64,000 nt of DNA, from contig JAANOX010000258.1 in assembly GCA_020184695.1 (NCBI GenBank), positions 496,001 through 560,000 on the forward strand. The letters are read 5' to 3'. This stretch comes from Histomonas meleagridis 2922-C6/04-290x. Taxonomy: Eukaryota; Protista; Parabasalia. The notes below the pieces were generated by a model. It was not told the origin of the DNA and did no database searches. It saw nothing but the letters and a program-made list of their open reading frames with translations. A program made the position numbers and the translations under genes. Below, in pieces: positions 10,465-21,061 of the stretch (its first letter is position 1; every line of letters begins with the position of its first letter).

Positions 10465-11782
10465 TCATGAGTTAAAAAAATCATCTACACCAGTAGCATC
10501 GATTGGGTCATCCTCAAGAAGCTGAAGAGATTCGATTCTTCGATTTCTTTTGGTGTGGGTATAAAATCATTTGAAGGCTCAGTGTTACGATCATATTTGT
10601 AAACCAGGTCATCAGAAAAGATATATGCATCCATTTGTGTCGAGTTCATTTTTTGGTGAGGCCAACACTTAAATGGTGCACTTGCATCAAAATACGAAGT
10701 ATTCTTCAGATGTGACTGATTTGAAGATCTAAGTGAAAGGAAATTGTTTGGTGTTCGATGACGATTTGATACCATTACGCCACGCATAGCTGTTGTTGCA
10801 GCTGTTTCACCGAGTTCTGGAATTTGCCAAGATTCTTTTAGCAGAACATCAGCTGTTGAAAAATTGTCAGCAGCTTCATAATAATCTTCCAATGACTGGT
10901 AAAACGAAAGAGAGTTTTCATATAACGAGTTAATCATATGACGCGGAGAACAATGCGAAATTTGAAGTATTTCTTCAGCCGACCGTTTATTTTTTATGTA
11001 CAACACTTCACCAACCGCCTGGAAAAAAGTGAGCGAACCGTACTGGCCCGTAGTGAAGGTGTGAGAGAACTGGAGTGTGTTGACTGCAAGACGGATATCA
11101 CCAGGGTTATCACATATTAATTCCTCTATTTGTTGGTTAGTTAATCTGATTCCTTCTGACCGTGATACATTTAGAAGAACCCGTTTTAAAACACTATGGG
11201 AAGCAGCAGGATAATTAAAGGTCATGCAATTGTTAACTGGTATCGATGAATTGGAAGAATCAACAATCCAGATTAATGGAAATAATCTCCTTTCATCTGT
11301 ACTATACTTTTCAATTAGGTTTATGAAATGCTTTTTGCTATCATCTCAACTACAACGTTGTCTACTAATAAGACATGAAGGCTATTTGGATTTGTTACAA
11401 GTTGGGAATGTTCCAAAAAAGCTTCAAATTGTTTGACGAAAATTGGAACTTGACGATTTTTTGTTGTATCTTTTTCTTGGTAGTAGTCATCATCAGGTGA
11501 AAATGGAATTATATTATAATGATAATAATTACATACAACTTGTACTAATGTTGTTTTACCACATCCAACAGGACCAAATACTACAATGACTCGAGGGTAA
11601 TTTGGGTATCCTGTGAAAGCATCTTTTAATCTTGTCATAAAATTTGTTGTTTGCGTTTTTTTAAAAATTGGAATATCGTTAAGATCTTTTGGGAAATACT
11701 TTGTAGTCCAAAGTTCTTGATTATTTTTCTTCAGAAGGTGCATAGCCAATTTATCTTGGCGGTGCATAAAAAGATTTTGCAT
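10465..11782 (-). CDS. RAD17: Rad17/Rad24-like checkpoint clamp loader, interrupted by two single-base frameshifts
   Basis: LWTTKYFP and Walker A GPVGCGKTT. A -1 shift near 11345 joins the two track ORFs (...VV/DDSKKHFINLIEKY...LFPLIWIVD...CMTFNY). A second -1 shift near 10540 gives an acidic tail LQLLEDDPIDATGVDDFFNS ending at 10465. Confidence 0.75.
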
Positions 11783-11845
11783 CCATTTAACGTCTTCTGA
11801 TAGTGAACCAATTAGACAATTGACTATGTCTGTTTGATAAAATAA

Positions 11846-12778
11846 ATGAAGAAAATTAGCCCAAAGTCAAAATGGACATCAACAAATTTTACTGATGATA
11901 TTTTTTGTGTTAGGATTTCACCTGAGAATGATTTTGTTGTTTGTACACTTTCATCAGGAAGTATTGGCTTATTAAGTTATTCAACTGGTCGTTTATCTTA
12001 TCTACTTGAACATTCACCAGAGCATATTCCAGTAACATCTATTAGATTTATTCCAAAAAACCCAAAGAATTTTATCGCAGTTTCTTCTGATGGATTTATA
12101 AAAGAATGGAAAACTCATAATCCATCAGTCAATTGGTCAATACAAGAAAATAACAACATTAATTCACTTGATATTTCAATTAATAGTGATAAATTTGCAA
12201 CCGCAGGATTAGATAAAATCGTTCGTCTCTATGATTATGAAACTAAAAGCGTTACAACAACTTTACAATATACCACTGACAAAGAAATAGCGCATACTAA
12301 TCGAATATTTTCCATTAAGTTTGATCCAAATAACACAAATATTCTTTATTCAGGCGGATGGGATGATACAATACATGTATGGGATCTACGGATTGGGCAG
12401 TCAGTTCATTCTTTATATGGTGCACATATATGTGGTGATACAATTGACGTATGTAATCATTTATTACTTTCTGGAAGTTGGCGCATCAAAGAACAGATTC
12501 AAGTTTGGGATTTACGTACATTAAATTTACAAAAATCATTTAGTTGGCCAATCGATAGAAATTGTTTAATATATACAGCACAATTTCATTCAAGTGGTAA
12601 ATATATTGTTTCAGGCGGAAGTAGCTCAAATGAAGTTTCAATAATTTCATTAGATACATTTGAAAATGTTTGTGAACCACTTCACTTCAACTCTTCTGTT
12701 TTCTCTATTTATACCAAAAACAATGATTTGGTTATTGGAACACAAAATAATGGAGTTCACATGTTTTCCCTCGAATAG
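11846..12778 (+). CDS. WD40 repeat protein
   Basis: Multiple WD repeats: FATAGLDKIVRLYD, AHTNRIFSIKF, LYSGGWDDTIHVWD, LLSGSWRIKEQIQVWD. Confidence 0.93.
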   Translation: MKKISPKSKWTSTNFTDDIFCVRISPENDFVVCTLSSGSIGLLSYSTGRLSYLLEHSPEHIPVTSIRFIPKNPKNFIAVSSDGFIKEWKTHNPSVNWSIQENNNINSLDISINSDKFATAGLDKIVRLYDYETKSVTTTLQYTTDKEIAHTNRIFSIKFDPNNTNILYSGGWDDTIHVWDLRIGQSVHSLYGAHICGDTIDVCNHLLLSGSWRIKEQIQVWDLRTLNLQKSFSWPIDRNCLIYTAQFHSSGKYIVSGGSSSNEVSIISLDTFENVCEPLHFNSSVFSIYTKNNDLVIGTQNNGVHMFSLE

Positions 12779-13169
12779 GTGAACAGATACCTATCGTTCG
12801 AAACCGGTTTTGAAAAAATGAAGGTTTTGTATACTTTATAACAATTTGCCACAAACATTCCAAGTTCCTATCTGAAATTTTCACTTGAATTTCTTCTTCT
12901 TTTGCATTTAAATTTCTTAAATATCGAATACATAAATTTGCAGTATTTAATTTTGAAATATAAGATGATAATAAAAATTGAGAAACAAGAAGATTAAATG
13001 AATATGGAAAATGGTTGTCAAATAAATTTAAAGTTGACTGTACTAACTGTTCTATATTGTCTTCATTGATACTAAAAATGCCTTTTTCCAATTTTTGAAT
13101 GGTTTGCATCGATGAAAGCATTAAATAAAAATGACACTTTTTATAACCGCTGAAGGAAAAATCAAACAT
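12732..13169 (-). CDS. Hypothetical protein or gene fragment overlapping the 3' end of the WD40 gene
   Basis: 145-aa ORF with protein-like helical composition; no family recognised. Confidence 0.3.
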   Translation of the reverse strand: MFDFSFSGYKKCHFYLMLSSMQTIQKLEKGIFSINEDNIEQLVQSTLNLFDNHFPYSFNLLVSQFLLSSYISKLNTANLCIRYLRNLNAKEEEIQVKISDRNLECLWQIVIKYTKPSFFQNRFRTIGICSPIRGKTCELHYFVFQ

Positions 13170-13249
13170 AGTTATTGAATGTTAAAAATGCCATTTCATC
13201 TCAAAAATTTTCAGATACACCAGAGGGGATGACAATCTGTAATCTGTAA

Positions 13250-13790
13250 ATTCTTAACTATCTATACCCTTTTGTTTTAAAAGTAATTTAACTATTTCTA
13301 TATTCCCATTTTTAACTGCTAAATAAAGTGGTGTTTCAAATTATTAAAATATTCTTCAAATTATGAAAATATCTTCCAAATTATGAAAATATCTTCCAAA
13401 TTATTGGGGTAAATTACAAATTATTAAAAGAAATCATAAATTATTAAAATAAAATTTAAATTATTAAAATAAATACAAAATTATAAAAATAAATAATTTT
13501 GGCATTAATATCAATTCCTTTTTGTTCTAAAAGTAATTTAACTATTTCTATATTTCCTGATTTAACTTCATATGGTAAAATAGTATTTGGAATCTGTTGA
13601 TTTTCTATTATATTTTCCATTAAAAATGTATTTCCAGTTGTTGCAATTTCTTCAATAATCTTTGATTAATTTTTAGACCTTCTTGTTCTAAAAATGATAA
13701 AATTACATAATTATGATATTGAATACATAGAATTCCTAATTCAGTTAAATCTTTTATTTCAATAATTTTTTTGATAAATTTGATTTTTCA
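13250..13790 (-). pseudogene. DUF3447/ankyrin-repeat gene relic (copy A) with a 160-nt insert between ankyrin repeats
   Basis: Hand translation: IEIKDLTELGILCIQYHNY..LEQEGLKIN, then (frameshift) KSGNIEIVKLLLEQKGIDINAK, insert, ETPLYLAVKNGNIEIVKLLLKQKGID. It is paralogous to 26441-27258. Confidence 0.75.
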
Positions 13791-14274
13791 AATAGCACTT
13801 CAATGAATGGTTTGTTAAGAACTACAATTTTGAATTTAAATACTCATGGAAATAATGTTTTGGTTCAATATTATAACAGTGATGGAAATGATGATTGGAA
13901 AGAAATTCGAAATTCTTTGTTTATGATAGAAATATTAGATGAAAATCTGATTTTTGATATTAATGTTTAAATAAGTGAAAAAAATAAACTAGTAATGTCC
14001 AATTTTCTCGTAAATTTTATATTTTTTCTTATACTTTGATAATATTCTTAAATATGGAATTAATTTAAGATTTTGTTGAATATTTTTATGAGTTTGTGTT
14101 TTATATTATTTTTGATTAGTTGATACATTTTTTTTTAATGGTCAGAATTTTTTTGATTTTAAATTATTTAAGGTTGTAGAGTGGATACAACTAAAATTGA
14201 ATACAAAATAAAGTTAATAATTTTACTTACTGTTTATTTTTTTGAGTTATGAGCTCAGAGAATTTGGTATTGTA

Positions 14275-14995
14275 CATCCATTCGCAAAAGTAATTCTCCG
14301 ATATTGAATACTTTACAAAAGTTTTGCAAAAGTAATTCTCTTATTTGCAAAAATTATTTTTTTTTTTTGCATAAGTAATTCTCCTTCAAAAATATTTTCA
14401 TAAAAAAAAAAAAAAAAATCCAATTTGATAATAATCGATTTTATCAAAAAACCGAATTCCACAAAGGTTGATCGAATGACAAGATTCTACAGAAATATAT
14501 ATGATAATAATTATTCTAACAATGATGTAAATGCAAAAAAATCTAAAAAAACTTCAGTTTTTGAATAAAAATTAACGGTTAAGAAAAATTTCGAACTAAA
14601 ATATGAATACTTGGTTTTTAGGTTTAGGAATAACTTAGAGTAAAATTTTGTCTTCTTAATTTAATTCTTTTTCGCATGGTAAATAAATTCTTTTTCGTTT
14701 CAAACTCAATTAATATATCAAAGTTCAAGAATAAACCTGTTCTAATATATCCACTTTTTAAATGTGAATTCTATTAAAAACGATCAAAAGTGTAGCCGAT
14801 TTTTTAGAACAAGTTTATTTTTTGATATTTTTTTCGTCTCATTTTAAAAATTCATTCTGACTATATTATCATTAACCTCAAATTTCACTCAAATAAAAGA
14901 ATAAGGGCAAATTATTTTTATTTGGTAGGTGAATTATTTCAGAAAAAAGGAGAATTAATTTTTCCAAAAAAGAGAATTACTTTTGCAAACGACTG
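14275..14995. mobile_element. Non-autonomous Tc1/mariner-type element (MITE-like), about 720 bp
   Basis: Left end TA|CATCCATTCGCAAAAGTAATTCTC versus the reverse complement of the right end TA|CAGTCGTTTGCAAAAGTAATTCTC, with TA flanks at 14273-74 and 14996-97. The GTAATTCTC core is repeated internally at both ends. No transposase. Confidence 0.65.
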
Positions 14996-17052
14996 TAGAC
15001 GAAAAAGATTCGATTATTGCTGTTGTGATACACTAAACACTTGTTTTCATCATTATTATCCAATTTTTCAGGTCATACCCATAAAAAAGACATGTTTTCT
15101 CAAGAATGACAATATAGAATATCACCAAATTTAATTAAAAATATCAAAATCTATTGCATAGTTTATTATGTTCAAAAATTAAATAAAAATTAAATGGAGT
15201 ACTATCTATAATTTATATATATGTATTGATTTGATTTCAAATTTGGCTAAGATATTTCCTTGAAAAATTAAGATTAGTGAAAGGCTTATCTATGAACTAT
15301 AATTCAATGATTTTTTTGGAAATAATTATATCATTCCAATTTTATAAAGCTTTCAATAACCATAATAAAATATTTAAAAAAGACAAAAAGACGTTAAGTT
15401 ACTTCACCTACATAGAGTCACTGGAAAAACCCCATTAAATGAAGTATTCGCATATAACACTAAAAACAAACTTTCCAATTAGATGTTAGTTCATTGGTTT
15501 TAGCGTTGGAGGGGTCAATATTAAGTCTTCAATCCCTTGATTCAATCCGGGTGGTTTTTGATTTTTTTAATTTTTTTCAATTTTTTCGAAAAATTTTATT
15601 ATTTCCCATAAAAAATGCATTTTTCTTCATAAAATAACTTACACCATAATATATCATGTAATGGTCCCTAGAATATAACATTTTGGATATTTTTTAAAAA
15701 AAAAGCGAAATTTTCATCAAAAAAAAATTGTGCAAAGACATTGAAAATATTGAATACTGATATTTGAATACTTTACTAAATTTAGTGTTGTAATGTGTGT
15801 GAACGTTTATTCCAAAAAAACGGATGAATTCACATCACATTACATTCAACCAGATAAATACTCAATTATTGTTTCACTGCATTATTCAAAAGAAAATAAT
15901 CTGGTCATTGCAGTGGCAAATGACGGCGGAATAAGGTTCATACCATTTTCTCTAAGAGAAAAATAAGCCTTAGGGGAAACACGAACTATTTATGTTTATA
16001 TAAACTAGATTAAAATTGTTTTTTTAAATATAATTGGTTTAAAATAACAAAAGATAATTGTTTGAAATTTGCTCTGCCGGTAAGCTATTGCACCTTAGTT
16101 TTTTCTGCTAATCAATATTAAAATTTAAGTCATTATTTTAGTTTTGATAAAAGTTAATGATTTTGTATATTATTAATTCTTGATTTACTTGTGCATAACT
16201 ACATACAACAAAACTAATGATAAACAACAGTTAATACTATATATTAAACTCGACTTGCGATTTCCACCCATCGTATATAGCGATCATCCTACGATCTTGA
16301 TATTATGAATATATAATATATATACATAGTTTCATCTATGATTAATAATGAATTAAGAATAATATCTTGATCTACTAAGAAATTAAAAATTCGGAAATAA
16401 TTTGGAAAATGATGAAATATTACTTATTATATTTGATTATATGAAATCTTGATATTAAATTCTTTTCGAATCTATCGAAAATATTAATAAGCTCAAAAAA
16501 ATTCAAATATATTGATGGCATATTCATGTAATTGTCGTATATAAGTTATTTTCGATAGGTGAATGCACATTCGGCCATATATTGGTACAAACGATACAAA
16601 ACTTTTTAACGATAACTTTTTTAAATATTGTAACAGTTTTTTTATTATTGAATTTTTATATAATGATCATTTTTACATATTCTAGAATAAAATATCTGAG
16701 ATATTTTACATATTCTTCTAGAATACATCAATATCGCCTCATTGACGATTTCGTTATCGGAAACGATATAAGATAATTGTGTGATTTTTATTCGTCCTAC
16801 TATTCAAATTTGACTATAACCCCCTTGGATCTTGAACTATATGAATTAATCGAAGATTAACTTTCTTTTTTTAACCTGGGATTCTATTTTTGTATTAGCC
16901 ACCTTTGTTGTAATCTTGAAGATTTTAAAATTAAATTGGTTGATTAATTTCTATTCAAATCCAAATTATTTTATATAGAAATCAGAATACACATTTAAAA
17001 ACTGAATAAAAACTTGTTTGAAAATGAAAACAAATCGCACGTGAAGCAAAAG

Positions 17053-18043
17053 ATGCCACGCTCAATGATGTCTTCAAGATTAGAAATAATTTTACTATTA
17101 AATTCAGGAAAAAGCATAAGCGAAATCAGCAAAATTACAGGAAGAATGTTAATAAGAAAAATTAAAAAGCAAATTGAACTTGGTATAAATGTTTTTGAAT
17201 ATCAGAATAATATAGGTGCACCAAGAAAGAGAACACCTGCTCTTGAAGCGGAAGTAATTCGATTGACAATACAAGATAGAAGGGCAGGACTTAATAGAAT
17301 AGCCAATAGTATTAACTTAGAAGAAAGATTTCAAAATATTAGCAAAAGTACGGTTGCAAATATACTTCACGATAATAAATTTCAATATTTGCCACCAAGA
17401 GTTACCTTTTTCTTAAATGAAAAACAAAAGCAAAATCGTCTTGATTTTGCTAATTATCATTTAACTAATAATACAGATTGGAGGTCTGTATTATTTACTG
17501 ATGAACCAATGTTTGTTTGTGGTCCAAATCGTAGATGGCTATGGAGAAAAAGGAGAAATAGATGAAAATATTTATATAGCTGAAAAGAAATATCCTCAAA
17601 AGGTTATGGTATTTGGCGGAATTTCATATAAATATAATACACCATTAATTTCAGTTAATGCTATTAATCATGAAAGATATATAAAAGATTGTATAATGAG
17701 ATCACAACTCATTGAGGGGATGAATGATGCCTACGGTCCATATAATTGGAAATTGATGCAAGATGGTGCATCAATCCATACTTACGATGTCACAATTAAT
17801 TATCTGCGTGAATAATGTTAGATTCTGGAAGGGTGGCCAGCAAATGAACCCATCGAAAATCTCTGGGCAATAATGAAAGATGGGGTGGAGCAAGTTGAGC
17901 CCAGTGATGCCGAAACCCTTACCCAGGTGGTTTTTGATGTGTAGAATAGCTTAGAAGTCCCTACAATTCAAAATTTAATCGACTCTGTTCCTGAACGACT
18001 TCACTCATTTGTTTTAAAAGGAGGTGCTCAAACAGGTTATTGA
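17053..18043 (+). pseudogene. Tc1-family (DD34E) transposase pseudogene
   Basis: HTH N-terminus, then WRSVLFTDE, KVMVFGGIS, LMQDGASIH and WPAN-EPIENLW. There is a frameshift near 17550, in-frame stops at about 17813-17821 and 17942, and the SPDL motif is deleted. TIRs were not found. Confidence 0.88.
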
Positions 18044-18152
18044 AAAAGCTAAGTAAACCTTTCTAAAAAAGATCAAGCCACTACTATGTTCTTAAAAAGT
18101 TGAATTAATCCTGAGGAATTCAAAAAAAAAAAAAAAAAATATTATTTTATAT

Positions 18153-20905
18153 GAGAAATTGTTTGCAGCACCGTGTGCTTGACAGAAACAAGCACCCTCT
18201 TTCAAAAATTAAATAAAACATATAATTTGAATATTATCAAAAACCTCAAAACTATGACTGATATTTTCGATTATTCTTTTAGAAATGGAAATTAACTTAA
18301 TATCTAGCATCAAGGCATCAAATATTAACACTGAAATCAAAATGCGTGGTGTTATTGTTAGGATTAGCAACGTAACGAAGAATAAATTCAGATTACAAGA
18401 ATATGATACCAATTCAAATGATTTTCCGAAATGCATCCTCTGTTCGTATGACAAACTAGTTGATATAGAAATTAACATAGAAGACTATGTTGAAGTTGAT
18501 GGAATTGTTAAATTGAATTTAAAAATAAATTTCCTTTTATGTTGAGGTGAAGAGTGTGAAAATTATTACTAAAGAAGAAGCAGATATTCACCTTATTACA
18601 AAAATAAATTCGTTTTTTAACCCAAATAATTTACAAATTTCAATTGATGATACAATGTCGGGTATTGTTGAAATATTATCAAAAAAAGCTTGTGAAGAAG
18701 GTTTTAAGTTAGTTCGAAAAAGATCAATTAAAGAACAACGATTAACATTATTTTGCAATCAGCATACAAATTATGGAAAAAATGATGATTTAAATAGTGG
18801 ATGCGAGTTTAAAATAAGAATTGGCTAATATATAATTGATAATAAAAGAAAATACCATGTTACAAGTTTCAATTTACATCACAATCATTATCTTAATCCA
18901 TTTATATATGCTCATTTAGCATTAGATGATAAAATTAAAAAATCAATATGCAATATGCTAGATATTGGGATTAAACCTAATAAAGTTTTACAATTTATTT
19001 CTATTCAATATGGGGTTACATTGTCTCGAGAACAAATTAATAGTATTTATCCTAAAAATAAAAAATTAAAATGTCATAATAAATATGTAGAAACTCGTGA
19101 TTTAATTGATTATTTGGATTCAATTGAAAAACAAACATTTGTTCTTCAGGATGTAGATGATGAAAATATTATTCATAGAAATACAGTTGCAACTTTCATC
19201 AAATATGAACTTCAAAACTTATTTGTATATTCTGATTCTTTTGCAATTGATCCAACATTTGCCAGTTTGACAACAAATTGATCTATTATTCCTCTAACAG
19301 TCATTGGACCTTATAGAAAAATTAGAAGTGCAGGTATAATTTTCACATATACGTTAAAAACCGAAATTTTTTATTGGATATTAAAATTAATATGCACTGA
19401 ACTTCCAAGTGCAGGAATTTTACAAACAATTTGTTCTGATGATGATGTTGGTCTTGATGGAGCATTTACTTTGATACAAAATAGAGATGATAATGAGTTA
19501 GAAAAAAGATCAATAAAATACGGCGTGTTATTTGTTTTTGGCATTAAATGTCCGACTATATTCAATATTTAAATTCACAAAATCTCCCTGATGACCAAAA
19601 GTCTCATTTAATAAATATATTTCGATATATGGGAATGACAAGAAACAAATTCATTGCACTATCAATTTTTGAAGGATTAAAATCAATTTCTCAAATTTCT
19701 GAATATTTAAATGATAATGTATCAAAAAAGTTGAATTCAATATGCAAAAGTCTCACTTATAGTTCTACTCGGAATATTAATACTAGTTCAATTGCAGATT
19801 CATCAAATCGTCAACTAAAAAACATATTATCGAATAAAAAATTAAGTTTAAATAAGGTTCGTTTATTTATTACTGAATATCATCAACAATCATTAAATAA
19901 GAGGAAGTATATTAAAGGAGTAAAACCACATAAATTAAAAGAACCAAATGTAATTACAATTATGTCAAAATTAAATGTTTCTAAAGCAATTGCAGAAGCG
20001 ATCGCAGGATCATGGAAAAAAACCAAAACATTAAAAGGAATGCTAATTTGTGATGATTATATATTTAATGAAGAATACACATTAAAAAATATAGAAAAAT
20101 ATTTTGAGATATTTAAGGTTCATGATTTAATCTGTAATTGCAATAAACAATTACAAGTTGGTATCCCATGTTCACATATAATTAATGTTCTAAAAATGAA
20201 TAATTTAAGCGTAATAGATGATATTAAAATAGCAAACAGATGGGTACTAAATCAGCGAAACTTTATTTATCATCATGAAGGTTCAAAATCTTTTGAAGAA
20301 ATCACTCATAGAATCACACATTTAAGTCCTCAAGAAAGATTTGTTTTACTTTGAGCAAAAAGAACACCATTATATGAATTGGCAAGTAGAAGTCAAAATA
20401 AATTCAAAAAAGCTATGACTTTTTTAGATTCTCTAGAAAAAGAATCAAATAATGGATCAATAGAACAGATTGCTACTGATGAAATAGGAATCAGAGCCGG
20501 AAGAGGTAGAATTCATAGAAATACGAAAAAAGTTGATCCGCGTCAATGTCTCATCTGTTCAAAGCCGCATAATACAAAAAAATGCCCCAGAAGAGGTGGA
20601 GTACTTAAATTTGTTCAAGAAGGTGGCTCAATCTTCGGATCAAAGCATTGTTCAATATGTAATCAAACTGGGCATAATTATAAAAAATGCAAAGCTAAAT
20701 TAGCATGGTTAAAAGCTATTCGAAAGGGTGAACTCCCTCCAATTGAATAGATTTGTTATGCTTAATTTTATTTGTATTGTTTTTATTGAATATGATAATT
20801 TCGTTATTTTGTTAGCTTTACATAAATACGTTTATATCAGTACTGATACTTTTTCAAAGAGGGTGCTATTTGTTTATGAGCACCGTGTGCTCTGGAAATG
20901 TACCC
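18153..20905 (+). mobile_element. Mutator-like element (MULE), 2753 bp, with imperfect TIRs and 9-bp TSD
   Basis: TSD ATTTTATAT at 18144-18152 and 20906-20914. TIR core AGCACCCTCTTT(C/G)AAAA at 18191-18207 and inverted at 20851-20867. Both ends begin with G. It encloses a MULE transposase. Confidence 0.88.
18285..20750 (+). pseudogene. Fragmented MULE transposase: OB-like, FAR1/WRKY-GCM1-type, DDE, SWIM and two Zn-knuckle regions
   Basis: Motifs: GFKLVRKRS..LFC..GCEFKI..HNH; FAIDPTF; TICSDDDVGL; RVICFWH (shifted frame near 19525); CNCNKQLQVGIPCSH (SWIM); CLICSKPHNTKKC and CSICNQTGHNYKKC. It is broken by several stops and frameshifts. Confidence 0.85.
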
Positions 20906-21061
20906 ATTTTATATTGTGTATATTTCTATTCAATTGTATCTATTTTTTGTTTGATGATATCGAGATAAATCCATTTTTTCATTTATGCTATCGGTAGAAA
21001 AGTATCAAACGGTTTACTCAAGTACGAACATTTTTTGACTGAAGTTTAACTCAGTAACTTT

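Noticed and set aside
18122-18139. Poly(A) tail suggesting the Tc1 relic is a retrocopy
   Set aside because: Similar A-runs occur at about 662-678 and 14404-14417 with no gene context, and no TSD was found.
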